Positions 31,129-39,972 of a stretch of DNA of 64,000 bases are shown here, piece by piece. Source of the stretch: Minisyncoccota bacterium (GTDB lineage Bacteria; Patescibacteriota; Minisyncoccia; UBA6257; GWB1-50-10); assembly GCA_041917695.1 (NCBI GenBank), contig JAYRXE010000037.1:434582-498581 (forward strand), written 5' to 3'. The translations under genes were made by a program, and so were the position numbers. Below the pieces are notes generated by a model. It saw only the letters and a list, made by a program, of their open reading frames with translations. It was not told the origin of the DNA and searched no databases. Every line of letters starts with the position of its first letter. Position 1 is the stretch's first letter.

Positions 31129-31341
31129 TTATGCGGCAACTTTCCCCATGATCTCGCGGACCTTTCGTTCATCGATGCGCTTCAAAATCGCGCGGAATTT
31201 CTCATCGCGTTCGCGCTCCAAAGCAGCCATCTTCTTCAGATAGTCCGCGTAGGCGGCTTCAACCATCGCAATTTTTTCCGCCTCGCTGAATGCGCGGGGA
31301 GAAGTTGCGGGCGCCGTGTTTTTTTTGAAGAAGGAAAACAT
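31129..31341 (-). CDS. Small hypothetical protein (70 aa), helical and charged
   Basis: A 3-nt gap separates it from the giant protein gene, implying translational coupling. Confidence 0.45.
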   Translation of the reverse strand: MFSFFKKNTAPATSPRAFSEAEKIAMVEAAYADYLKKMAALERERDEKFRAILKRIDERKVREIMGKVAA

Positions 31342-31346
31342 AGGCG

Positions 31347-31673
31347 CTACACGCCGAGCAAAATCCCTTTGAAGTTTGCGATTTCTTCCTTCACGATCGC
31401 TTCGAGGTTCGGAATCTTCGCCGTCAAAAAAGCCATCATTGCTTCCGCCGATTCGTTCTCTTCGAGGATCTTCTCAAAAGCGACCTGGTCTTCCGCGCTT
31501 AAATTTTCGATGACGCGAAGCCATATTCCCTCGAGGGCGACCTTCCCCATTTCGCCGAGCATGCCGGCGCGCTCTTCGCTCGAAAGACTTTCAAGGTCCA
31601 GCTCCTTGAAAAGGTCGCGCGAGAGCAATGAATCGATTTTTGTTTTGTCGATAGCCATAGGTCTCGTATTCAT
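31347..31673 (-). CDS. Hypothetical protein (about 109 aa), helical and acidic
   Basis: The start is placed at the internal MNTRPMAIDKTK to avoid overlap with the upstream methyltransferase gene. No recognisable family. Confidence 0.45.
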   Translation of the reverse strand: MNTRPMAIDKTKIDSLLSRDLFKELDLESLSSEERAGMLGEMGKVALEGIWLRVIENLSAEDQVAFEKILEENESAEAMMAFLTAKIPNLEAIVKEEIANFKGILLGV

Positions 31674-31708
31674 TTCGAGTATAGCACCGCCCCCCGCCTT
31701 CTTCCAGG

Positions 31709-32206
31709 CTACCGGACGTAACAATACAAGGGCGGCACTCCCTCGCGCCTGACAACCTTCCGCGGCTCCCACCCGGGGAGGGGCCAGACGTAAGCAATCG
31801 CACGCGCACCGGGGCGAAGCTCCCGTTTGAGCTTTTCCGCCATCTTCCCCGCAATGCGCGGAGTGAGGAAAAAGAATACAAGGTCGGCATGGGAAAGGTC
31901 CTTACTCCAAAAATCACCATACACGGCGCGGGCATTTTTCTTCCCCCGTAAACGAAGGCGGGCGAAGAGATATGGCAACAGGGAAACCTCATACCCCGTA
32001 GCATTCGCCCCCGTATCAGCCATGCGAATGAGGACTCGCCCGTCGCCGCACCCCAAATCGTACGCAATCTCCCCTTCCCGGATATCCGCGCTCTCCATCA
32101 GAGCGTCGAGCCCCGGTTTCATAATCGGCACCCACGGCGCGGCGCGGAGACCCGCATAGGCAGCGGTCAATATGACGAGCAGGGCGAGAAGGTAAAAAAC
32201 GGCCAC
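31709..32206 (-). CDS. Class I SAM-dependent methyltransferase with an N-terminal TM anchor
   Basis: Motif I reads YDLGCGDGRVLI, the typical E/DxGxGxG. Confidence 0.7.
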   Translation of the reverse strand: MAVFYLLALLVILTAAYAGLRAAPWVPIMKPGLDALMESADIREGEIAYDLGCGDGRVLIRMADTGANATGYEVSLLPYLFARLRLRGKKNARAVYGDFWSKDLSHADLVFFFLTPRIAGKMAEKLKRELRPGARAIAYVWPLPGWEPRKVVRREGVPPLYCYVR

Positions 32207-32210
32207 GGAT

Positions 32211-34034
32211 TTATTCTACCGTGACGGACTTCGCAAGATTGCGGGGCTTATCCACGTTGTTCCCGCGTTCGACGCCGACATAGTAGGCAAAAAGCTGGAG
32301 CGGTATCACGGCAAGCAACGGCTCGAGCGGTTCGAGGGTTTTCGGGATAAAAAATACGTCGTCGGCGAGCGCTTCCGCCTGCGCATCCCCTTCGGTGGCG
32401 ATAACGAGCACGGGTCCTTTGCGCGCGCGGATCTCTTCGATATTGCCGTACATTTTCTCAACGATATCGTTTTGGGGCATGAGGGCGATGGTCGGGAAGT
32501 CCGGACTGATCATTGCAATCGGACCGTGCTTCATTTCGCCGCCCCCGTACCCTTCCGCATGTATGTAGGAAATCTCCTTGAGCTTCAAAGCGCCCTCCAT
32601 CGCAATGGGATAGCTGTAGCGCCTTCCGAGGAAAAGGAAGTCGCGATACCCGGCGTATTTTTTCGCCAATGCTTCTATCGTGTCCGCTTTTTCAAGAATC
32701 CCGCCGATTTTCTCCGGAATCGTTTCCAACTCCTTCATGAGAGCCATCATCTCCTCCGCGCTTTTCCCGGAAATGTAGAGGGCGATAAGAAGCAAAATCG
32801 CGTATTGCGAAACGAATGCTTTGGTAGAGGCGACGCCGATTTCCGGTCCCGCGTGATTGTAGACCCCTGCATCCGTTTCGCGCGCGATCGAGGAACCGAC
32901 GGCGTTCACGAGACCCAATGTCAAAAGCCCTTCTTCTTTCGCTTTCTTCACCGCCGCAAGCGTGTCGGCGGTTTCGCCGGACTGGGAAATGGCAAGCGCC
33001 ACCGTCCCTTCCTCGAACGGCTCAGTCCGATAGCGGAAGTCCGATGCGGTGTGGACTTCGGTCGGAATTCCTGCAAGCTCCTCGAAGACGTACTCGCCGA
33101 GGAGCCCCGCGTAATAGGATGTCCCGCAGGCGAGGATAACGAGCCGCTTGGTCTTCTTGAGTTTCTCTTTGATGCGTTCCAATCCTCCCAGGCGTACGCT
33201 TCCTTTTTTCGCATCGAGCCTCCCGCGGAACGCCGAGCGGATGATTTCCGGCTCCTCGAATATCTCTTTCAGCATGAAATGCGCGAAGTTTCCTTTTTGC
33301 GCCTGCTCAAGCGTCCATTCGAGTTCGATAACTTCGTGCGGCACTTCGTGCCGGTCGCGGTCGGTGACGGTCATCCCGTCGGGCCTGATCTCGGCGACCT
33401 CGCCGTCGTTCAAATAGACTATCTCCTTCGTCTTGCCGACCAGGGCCGACGGGTCGGAGGCGATAAAATGCTCCCCGTCGCCGATGCCGATAACGAGCGG
33501 ACTCCCCAGGCGCGCGGCGTAAAGCGTGCCGTCATCTTTCGCATCCAAAACCGCAAGCGCGTAAGCTCCGCGTATCATCGAAAGCATGTCGAAAAAGGCG
33601 GAGGCGAAGTCCCGCCCCTGGTTTAAAAAATCCTCAATGAGGTGCGCCACGACCTCCGTGTCGGTTTCGGAAACGAACGTATGCCCGCGCTTTTTCAAGT
33701 AATCGCGGAGTTCCTTATAGTTTTCAATGATGCCGTTGTGCACGACGACGACCTGTTCGGTGCAATCAACGTGCGGATGCGCGTTTGCCTCGTTCGGTTC
33801 GCCGTGCGTTGCCCAGCGCGTGTGCCCTACGCCGACACGGCCCGTAGGACCACTTTTCTTCAGGCGGTCTTCGAGCACGGCAACCTGTCCCACCGTCCGT
33901 TCGCGGAAGACCTTTCCGCTCGAAATAAGCGCCACGCCCGCTGAATCGTATCCGCGGTATTCAAGCGCCAAAAGCCCGTTAATGAGTATCGGCAGGGCTT
34001 CTTTTTTTCCGGTGTATGCAACGATTCCGCACAT
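32211..34034 (-). CDS. glmS: Glutamine--fructose-6-phosphate aminotransferase (isomerizing)
   Basis: The N-terminal MCGIVAY nucleophile, a glutaminase domain, and two SIS domains ending in ...KSVTVE. Confidence 0.95.
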   Translation of the reverse strand: MCGIVAYTGKKEALPILINGLLALEYRGYDSAGVALISSGKVFRERTVGQVAVLEDRLKKSGPTGRVGVGHTRWATHGEPNEANAHPHVDCTEQVVVVHNGIIENYKELRDYLKKRGHTFVSETDTEVVAHLIEDFLNQGRDFASAFFDMLSMIRGAYALAVLDAKDDGTLYAARLGSPLVIGIGDGEHFIASDPSALVGKTKEIVYLNDGEVAEIRPDGMTVTDRDRHEVPHEVIELEWTLEQAQKGNFAHFMLKEIFEEPEIIRSAFRGRLDAKKGSVRLGGLERIKEKLKKTKRLVILACGTSYYAGLLGEYVFEELAGIPTEVHTASDFRYRTEPFEEGTVALAISQSGETADTLAAVKKAKEEGLLTLGLVNAVGSSIARETDAGVYNHAGPEIGVASTKAFVSQYAILLLIALYISGKSAEEMMALMKELETIPEKIGGILEKADTIEALAKKYAGYRDFLFLGRRYSYPIAMEGALKLKEISYIHAEGYGGGEMKHGPIAMISPDFPTIALMPQNDIVEKMYGNIEEIRARKGPVLVIATEGDAQAEALADDVFFIPKTLEPLEPLLAVIPLQLFAYYVGVERGNNVDKPRNLAKSVTVE

Positions 34035-34103
34035 GTTTTTTGAGTTCCTTTATTCTACCAAAAGGACGGACCCATCCTCTCTTAACGGCGTGCCCCTCCA
34101 TCT

Positions 34104-34137
34104 GGGACAAGTTGAGGTTTTAGGCAATTCGCGTAAA
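34104..34137 (+). promoter_or_regulatory. Candidate promoter for the ftsB-like gene and tRNA-Gly
   Basis: TTGAGG, then 16 nt, then TAAAAT, ending immediately before the ATG. Confidence 0.3.
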
Positions 34138-34437
34138 ATGTGGCTTATGGAACGCGCTCGCCTTATCGCACTTGCCGTCGTCGCTGTGATCCTCGGCATT
34201 ATGGCGTGGTCCCTGCGGGGCGAGCGCAAGGCCATCGAAACATCCGTTCGAGAGCTCCGCGAAAAACAGCAACGGGTCGACGAGGAAAACCGCCAATTAG
34301 CGGAACGGATAGAATATTTCAAGATTCCTGAAAACCTGCTCAAGGAATCGCGCGCGCAATTCAATTACGTATTGCCGGGCGAGAAGCTCATTATCCTCGT
34401 TCCCGAGGCCACATCATCAGCTCATTCGGAACAATAA
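34138..34437 (+). CDS. Septum formation initiator family protein (FtsB/DivIC-like)
   Basis: About 100 aa: an N-terminal TM helix (LIALAVVAVILGIMAW), a coiled coil (RELREKQQRVDEENRQLAERIEYFK), and a C-terminal NYVLPGEKLIILVPE typical of FtsB/DivIC. Confidence 0.6.
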   Translation: MWLMERARLIALAVVAVILGIMAWSLRGERKAIETSVRELREKQQRVDEENRQLAERIEYFKIPENLLKESRAQFNYVLPGEKLIILVPEATSSAHSEQ

Positions 34438-34438
34438 T

Positions 34439-34509
34439 GCGGGATTCGTTCAGTGGTAGGACGCGACCTTCCCAAGGTTGAGATACGGGTTCGATTCCCG
34501 TATCCCGCA
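34439..34509 (+). tRNA. tRNA-Gly (anticodon CCC)
   Basis: GCGGGAT-TC-GTTC-AGTGGTA-GGAC-G-CGACC-TTCCCAA-GGTTG-AGAT-ACGGG-TTCGATT-CCCGT-ATCCCGC-A. No CCA. Confidence 0.85.
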
Positions 34510-34674
34510 CATAAACATGAACCCACGAAAGATCGTGGGTTCATGCTTCCTACGGGAATCGAACGCGTATGGGGTCGGGAGCGGCGCAACGCTCCCGTGG
34601 AGGAGACGCTTAAGAACCGAGAGGTTCTTAAGGAGCGAAGCGACTTGAGATTTTCCCATATCCCGCACATAAAA
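34510..34674 (+). repeat. tRNA-associated structured repeat element, copy 1 (downstream of tRNA-Gly)
   Basis: Hairpin atgaacccacg-aaagat-cgtgggttcat. Core gggaatcgaacgcgtatggggtcgggagcggcgcaacgctcccgtggaggagacgcttaagaaccgagaggttcttaagg. It ends in a degenerate copy of the tRNA-Gly 3' end (gattttcccatatcccgcacataaaa versus the tRNA's gattcccgtatcccgcacataaa). Homologous copies sit at 43381-43596 and 60046-60214. Confidence 0.7.
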
Positions 34675-34701
34675 CTAAAACCTCCGCATACGCGGAGGTT
34701 T
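34675..34701. terminator. Bidirectional terminator (fusA on the minus strand; the tRNA-Gly unit on the plus strand)
   Basis: cctccgcatacgcggagg forms a hairpin. A T-run follows on the minus strand and tttta on the plus strand. Confidence 0.6.
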
Positions 34702-34712
34702 TAGCTAGATAA

Positions 34713-36827
34713 TTACTTCTGTTTGCCTTCGATAATGGTCTGCGCGATATTGTTCGGCGTCTCTGCGTAGTGGCTGAACTCCATGGTGAAGGACGCCCGG
34801 CCCTGCGTCATCGAGCGGAGCTTCGTCACGTATCCGAACATTTCGGAAAGCGGAACCTCGGCATCCACGACGCGCACCGAACCGCGCTCGCCCATCTCCG
34901 TGATCTTCGCGCGCTTCGAGGAAAGGTCGCCCGTCACATCGCCCAGGAAATCGGGCGGAACCGTCACCTGCACTTTCATGATCGGTTCAAGGATGACGAG
35001 CTTCGCCTGCTTCGTCGCTTCCTGGAGCGCCATTGCGCCCGCGATCTGGAAGGCGATTTCAGACGAGTCGACTTCGTGGTAGGAACCGTCGTAGAGCGTC
35101 ACCTTCAAATCGGTAAGCGGGAAACCGGCGAGCACGCCTTTCGAAACCGCATCCTTCAAGCCTTTTTCGACGGCCGGAACGAATTCCTGCGGAATAACGC
35201 CGCCTTTGATGGCGTTCACAAACTCATAGCCCGTACCGCGCTCCATCGGCTCAACTTCAAGGCGCACGTGGCCGTACTGTCCGCGTCCGCCGGACTGGCG
35301 GATATATTTGCCTTCCGCTTTCGCCGTGCCTTTGATGGTTTCCTTGTAGGCAACCTGCGGGCGGCCGACGTTCGCTTCAACGGAGAATTCACGCTTCATG
35401 CGGTCGACAAGCACTTCGAGGTGGAGTTCGCCCATGCCGGCAATAAGCGTCTCGCCCGTTTCGGCATCACCGCTCACCTTAAAGGTCGGGTCTTCATCCG
35501 CGAGGCGGCGAAGCGCCAAACCCATCTTTTCCTGGTCGGCTTTGGATTTCGGCTCAATACGGATGGAGATAACGGGTTCGGGGAAGGTGATCTTTTCAAG
35601 GACGATTGGGTTTTCCGGGTCGGAAAGCGAATCGCCGGTACCCGTGCTCTTCAAGCCTACGATCGCGCCCAAGTCGCCGGCGTAGATCTCATCCACTTCT
35701 TCGCGGTGATTTGCATGCATGCGGACGATACGGCCGATGCGCTCCTGCGTGTTTTTCGTGCTATTTAAGATGTAGCTCCCCTTCTTCAAGGTTCCCGAAT
35801 ACACGCGGAAAAAGGTCAGCGAGCCGACAAACGGGTCGGAGGCGATCTTAAAAGCAAGCGCCGCAAGCGGAACGTTATCCTTGGGGAGGCATTCAACTTC
35901 CTTCCCGTCCGGGGTCGTTCCCTTTTTCGGCGGGATATCGAGCGGAGACGGCAAATAGTCGATGACGGCATCAAGCATGAGCTGGACACCCTTGTTCTTT
36001 AAGGCACTTCCGCAGAAGACCGGCACCAGGCGGTTCACGAGGGTCGCCTTGCGAAGCGCAGCCTTGAGGGCGGGTACGTCAATCTCCTCACCGGCAAGAT
36101 ATTTTTCGAGCAAGGCATCGTCCGTCTCGGCGATTTTCTCGACAAGCGCATGGCGGCGTTTTTCCGCTTCCGCCTTCATGTCTTCCGGAATGTCCTTGTG
36201 GATGATTTTCTCTCCCCGGTCCCCTTCGAAGGTCACCGCTTTCATTTCCATGAGATCCACGACTCCCTCGAAGTTCGATTCCTCGCCGATGGCCATGTGG
36301 AGCGCGACGGCGTTCTTCGTAAGCCGGTCGACGATGGAAGCGAAGCTCCGGTCGAAGCTCGCGCCCATGCGGTCCAGCTTGTTGATGAAACAAATGCGGG
36401 GAACGTTGTAATCGTCCGCATAGTGCCAGTTCGTTTCCGACTGGGGCTCCACGCCAGCAACGCCGTCAAAGACAACGACGGCACCGTCCAGAACGCGCAA
36501 CGAGCGCTTCACTTCGACGGTGAAGTCGATGTGTCCCGGAGTATCGATGATGTTCATCCGGTATTCGTGCGCCTTCGACTTCGGATCGGTCTTGTCGAAT
36601 TTCGTCGGAATCCAGAAACACGTGGTCGCGGCGGCGGTGATGGTGATACCGCGTTCGCGTTCCTGCTCCATCCAGTCCATGGTCGCCTCGCCTTCGTGCA
36701 CCTCGCCTATCTTGTGGGAAATGCCGGTATAGAAAAGTACGCGCTCGGAAACCGTCGTCTTGCCGGCGTCGATGTGCGCAATGATGCCAATGTCCCGAAC
36801 CCGCTCAAGAGGATATTGCCTGGGCAT
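34713..36827 (-). CDS. fusA: Translation elongation factor G
   Basis: The G-domain motifs are [18 protein letters not shown] and NKLD. The protein is 704 aa full length. Confidence 0.97.
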   Translation of the reverse strand: MPRQYPLERVRDIGIIAHIDAGKTTVSERVLFYTGISHKIGEVHEGEATMDWMEQERERGITITAAATTCFWIPTKFDKTDPKSKAHEYRMNIIDTPGHIDFTVEVKRSLRVLDGAVVVFDGVAGVEPQSETNWHYADDYNVPRICFINKLDRMGASFDRSFASIVDRLTKNAVALHMAIGEESNFEGVVDLMEMKAVTFEGDRGEKIIHKDIPEDMKAEAEKRRHALVEKIAETDDALLEKYLAGEEIDVPALKAALRKATLVNRLVPVFCGSALKNKGVQLMLDAVIDYLPSPLDIPPKKGTTPDGKEVECLPKDNVPLAALAFKIASDPFVGSLTFFRVYSGTLKKGSYILNSTKNTQERIGRIVRMHANHREEVDEIYAGDLGAIVGLKSTGTGDSLSDPENPIVLEKITFPEPVISIRIEPKSKADQEKMGLALRRLADEDPTFKVSGDAETGETLIAGMGELHLEVLVDRMKREFSVEANVGRPQVAYKETIKGTAKAEGKYIRQSGGRGQYGHVRLEVEPMERGTGYEFVNAIKGGVIPQEFVPAVEKGLKDAVSKGVLAGFPLTDLKVTLYDGSYHEVDSSEIAFQIAGAMALQEATKQAKLVILEPIMKVQVTVPPDFLGDVTGDLSSKRAKITEMGERGSVRVVDAEVPLSEMFGYVTKLRSMTQGRASFTMEFSHYAETPNNIAQTIIEGKQK

Positions 36828-36836
36828 AGGAGAGAA

Positions 36837-37307
36837 TTAACGGACGAAGCTCGCGAATGCACGGTTCGCTTCGGCCATGCGGTGCGTGTCCTGCTTCTTC
36901 TTGATGGCGGTGCCTTCGTTCTTTGCGGCGGCGATAAGCTCTTCAGCGAGCTTCTTGCCCATCGGGGCGCCTTTGCGCTTTCGCGCGGCTTCGATGATCC
37001 AGTGGCTTGCAAGGAAAAACTTGCGTTCCGGGCGCACATCGCGGGGAACCTGGTAGTTCGCACCGCCCACGCGCTTCGAAACGACCTGCACGAGCGGCGA
37101 AGCGTTCAAAATAGCCTTATCAAAGACCGCAACGGCGTCTTCCTTGGTCGCCTTCTCGATTTCCGCGAGGGCGGCGTAGAAAACCTTTTCAGCCGTCGCC
37201 TTCTGGCCGTCGGCCATGAGATAGTTGATGAAACGGGCGGCATCCACGCGATTGTGGAGGAAATCGCCCTTCAAAACGTTTTTCTTATAGGAACCTCTTT
37301 TGCGCAT
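36837..37307 (-). CDS. rpsG: 30S ribosomal protein uS7
   Basis: A 156-aa protein at the conserved position between rpsL and fusA, with VSKRVGGANYQVPRDVRPERK matching S7. Confidence 0.95.
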   Translation of the reverse strand: MRKRGSYKKNVLKGDFLHNRVDAARFINYLMADGQKATAEKVFYAALAEIEKATKEDAVAVFDKAILNASPLVQVVSKRVGGANYQVPRDVRPERKFFLASHWIIEAARKRKGAPMGKKLAEELIAAAKNEGTAIKKKQDTHRMAEANRAFASFVR

Positions 37308-37315
37308 GTTTCAAA

Positions 37316-37732
37316 TTATGATTTTTTTTCCTTTTTCGCACCGTATTTCGAGCGCTGTTGTTTGCGCTTCGCAACTCCCTGCGTGTCCAAGACGCCGCGG
37401 ACGATGTGGTAGCGGACGCCGGGAAGGTCTTTCACGCGGCCTCCGCGGATAACGACGACGGAGTGTTCCTGGAGGTTGTGTCCCTCGCCCGGAATATAGG
37501 CTGTGACTTCCATGCCGTTCGTAAGGCGCACGCGGGCGACCTTGCGGAGGGCTGAGTTCGGCTTTTTCGGGGTGGTGGTGAAAACCTTGATGCACACGCC
37601 GCGCTTGAAAGGCGACGCGGAATTGACGGGCTTGTTATGGATTGAGTTGAAATACAAACCCAAAGCCGGCGCCTTCTTCTTTTTCGGGGCGCTTTTTCTT
37701 CCTTTTTTGATGAGTTGATAGGTCGTCGGCAT
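37316..37732 (-). CDS. rpsL: 30S ribosomal protein uS12
   Basis: [12 protein letters not shown]...[59 protein letters not shown]. The start is moved to the ATG of MPTTYQ; the track start is an upstream extension. Confidence 0.95.
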   Translation of the reverse strand: MPTTYQLIKKGRKSAPKKKKAPALGLYFNSIHNKPVNSASPFKRGVCIKVFTTTPKKPNSALRKVARVRLTNGMEVTAYIPGEGHNLQEHSVVVIRGGRVKDLPGVRYHIVRGVLDTQGVAKRKQQRSKYGAKKEKKS

Positions 37733-37806
37733 AAAAAAATAAGCGGTTTGCTTATTCAATTAACTGAATCGAGCTTATTTAGAATAGCCCGCGTGGGGGT
37801 AAAAAG

Positions 37807-38421
37807 TCAACCCGAGAGGCCTGTGAATATGCGGAAAAGGTACATAACCGCCGGGGAAAGGAAATTGAGGCCGGAAAAGATGAGGATAATGAGGATAATG
37901 AATCCGTACCGCTCGAGAACGCCCTGGAAGGCATCCGTACTGCGCGGGAGGAAGCCGAAAAGAATCTTCGAGCCGTCGAGGGGCGGAATGGGAATAAGGT
38001 TGAAAACGGCAAGGGCGATATTGATGAGAATGACCGTCGCCAAAAGCTCGACGGATTGCGCCGAAAGGAATGCTCCGCCAAAACGGAAGAGCGCGGCGAA
38101 AATGAGAGCGATGGAAATGTTCGTGAGGGGCCCCGCCGCAGCGACGAGCGCTCCCCCTTTCCGCGGGTCTTTGAGGTTATACGGATTGTACGGGACCGGT
38201 TTCGCCCACCCGAAAACCACGCCTCCGGGAATGAGCGCCAAAAGAAGCGGAAGAATCACCGAACCGATGGGGTCGATATGCTTTAACGGATTCAACGTTA
38301 ATCTTCCCGCCAGGCGGGCGGTGTGGTCCCCCAGCCGGAGCGCCATGAGGCCGTGCGCCACTTCATGGACAACCACCGAAAAAAGCAGTACGATGAGCTG
38401 AAAAATAAAGAAGAAATCCAT
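37807..38421 (-). CDS. Site-2 protease family zinc metalloprotease (peptidase M50)
   Basis: HEVAHG (HExxH) sits in the first TM helix, and NLIPIPPLDGSKIL is the M50 LDG motif. Confidence 0.8.
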   Translation of the reverse strand: MDFFFIFQLIVLLFSVVVHEVAHGLMALRLGDHTARLAGRLTLNPLKHIDPIGSVILPLLLALIPGGVVFGWAKPVPYNPYNLKDPRKGGALVAAAGPLTNISIALIFAALFRFGGAFLSAQSVELLATVILINIALAVFNLIPIPPLDGSKILFGFLPRSTDAFQGVLERYGFIILIILIFSGLNFLSPAVMYLFRIFTGLSG

Positions 38422-38471
38422 TGCCTTTACGCATTAGTATAGCACGTGAAAAGGCATCGGCGCCCCCCACC

Positions 38472-39086
38472 ATGAAAAAGACCATTTTGATACTCCTCTC
38501 CATCGCCTTCGGCGTCCTTGTCTTTCTCGTAGGCGCGTATTTCATCGCGGTCTCGACTATCAAAAAGAGTGAGCCGCAGGTCGCTTCGGAGCAGACCGGG
38601 AGTTTCGTCACCAATCCGCAATCGGGTGGAGGCGGCACATCGACCACCACCGTCATCACCACGCCGGGAACCATCGTCTACCCGTCATCGACCGGCACGA
38701 GCACCGTCCAAAACCCCATCACCATCTCCGCCTCCATCGTCGTCCAAAGCGGTCCCGCGACCTTCATCGTTGAAAACGTCTCGCAGGCGGATGGCACCGT
38801 CATCGTCGGATTCAAAATCATCACGAACGCCTCGGGAAATGTGGCGGTCGATCCCGGGCAATTTTTGAAGATTATCGATTTGTCGGGAGGCGTTACCGCT
38901 CCCCGTGTCCTCCAGGGCGACGATTTCCGGAATATCCCGCCGAACTCGGAAATATTCGGAAATGCCATCTTTTTCCTCTCGAAGGACAAGCCTTCCGTCA
39001 TCCTCCAGGTCGGTCCCGATTCGTCGGCGCGATACTACGAATTCGACTTCATCCGGCGCGTCTATCGGTCGGTAACGGTGGGCTAA
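38472..39086 (+). CDS. Hypothetical membrane-anchored extracytoplasmic protein
   Basis: The start is set at MKKTILILLSIAFGVLVFLVGAYFIAV, a signal anchor. A Thr/Gly-rich linker is followed by a beta-rich domain of unknown function. Confidence 0.5.
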   Translation: MKKTILILLSIAFGVLVFLVGAYFIAVSTIKKSEPQVASEQTGSFVTNPQSGGGGTSTTTVITTPGTIVYPSSTGTSTVQNPITISASIVVQSGPATFIVENVSQADGTVIVGFKIITNASGNVAVDPGQFLKIIDLSGGVTAPRVLQGDDFRNIPPNSEIFGNAIFFLSKDKPSVILQVGPDSSARYYEFDFIRRVYRSVTVG

Positions 39087-39125
39087 ACTTGCCCTGGAAC
39101 CCAAAAAAGGCTACAGTATACACCT

Positions 39126-39341
39126 ATGCGAGCTTGCGAAATTTGCGAAAAATCCTATAAAGGCGGCGGAACGAGGAAACTTCTCCGCGGCCACCATAAC
39201 CCGACGGCCTACGGCAAAAAGCGGGCGAATCTCCAATGGGCGATCGACCCGAAGACCGGAAAGCGCATGACGCTCTGTACGAAATGCATCCGGACGCTTT
39301 CAAAAACCCGGAAGCCGAAAGCGACCGTCAAAACCGCCTAA
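39126..39341 (+). CDS. rpmB: 50S ribosomal protein bL28
   Basis: A 71-aa protein whose CEICEKSYKGG...NLQWAIDPKTGKRMTLCTKCIRTLSK matches the bL28 pattern (C-x2-C ... NLQ ... C-x2-C). Confidence 0.75.
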   Translation: MRACEICEKSYKGGGTRKLLRGHHNPTAYGKKRANLQWAIDPKTGKRMTLCTKCIRTLSKTRKPKATVKTA

Positions 39342-39357
39342 CGGCGGTTTTTTTAGC
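39336..39357. terminator. Rho-independent terminator after rpmB
   Basis: accgcctaacggcggt forms a hairpin followed by ttttttt. Confidence 0.55.
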
Positions 39358-39811
39358 GCAGACTTAAGCGCATCCGCATCAAACGGCTCAATCTCGCTTT
39401 CCCGCTTTTCTTAAAACCCGCCTTTTCGTACGAAGCGATAGCCCGGATATTCGTCTTGCGCACCTCCAAAATCACGCTCTCCACTCCCCTTCGCCGGGCG
39501 AGTGAAACCATCTTTACAATAGCCTCTGTACCAATGCCTTTCCCCCAAAAAGGCTTCTCACCGATAACGATGATTATCTCCATACTTCTCTTGGTGCGGT
39601 ACTCGAGCGCAACATGCCCGACAATCCTTCGTCCTGCAACAATCATGCGGTGAATGTCTTTTTTTAAGGCAGTGAGCGAATTGAAGTATTTCGGAATATC
39701 CTCCTTGCGCGCCCTCGAGCCGCTGGTGAGCCTCGCGAGCACGGGATCGCGCCACCATTTTGAAAAATAACGTATATCGGTCGGCGTGATTTTCCGCAAC
39801 GTGACTTTCAT
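39353..39811 (-). CDS. GNAT-family N-acetyltransferase
   Basis: An acetyl-CoA-binding motif reads GEKPFWGKGIGTEAIVKMVSLARRRGV. Confidence 0.8.
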   Translation of the reverse strand: MKVTLRKITPTDIRYFSKWWRDPVLARLTSGSRARKEDIPKYFNSLTALKKDIHRMIVAGRRIVGHVALEYRTKRSMEIIIVIGEKPFWGKGIGTEAIVKMVSLARRRGVESVILEVRKTNIRAIASYEKAGFKKSGKARLSRLMRMRLSLR

Positions 39812-39816
39812 AGGTG

Positions 39817-39887
39817 TCGGGCTGCCGGGAATTGAACCCGGTCTACATGCACCCCATGCATGCGTACTACCGGTATACTACAGCCCG
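39817..39887 (-). tRNA. tRNA-Pro (anticodon GGG)
   Basis: The minus strand reads CGGGCTG-TA-GTAT-ACCGGTA-GTAC-G-CATGC-ATGGGGT-GCATG-TAGA-CCGGG-TTCAATT-CCCGG-CAGCCCG-A, with G37 present. Confidence 0.8.
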
Positions 39888-39917
39888 ATATTTACCTAAG
39901 GATTCTAATTGAGAAAA

Positions 39918-39950
39918 AAAATATCCGCAATTGAGCGGATATTCGTTAGT
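39918..39950 (-). terminator. Rho-independent terminator after ftsX
   Basis: aatatccgcaattgagcggatatt forms a hairpin, with a minus-strand T-run after it. Confidence 0.55.
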
Positions 39951-39972
39951 CCTTTTACGCGCTGATTTAGGC

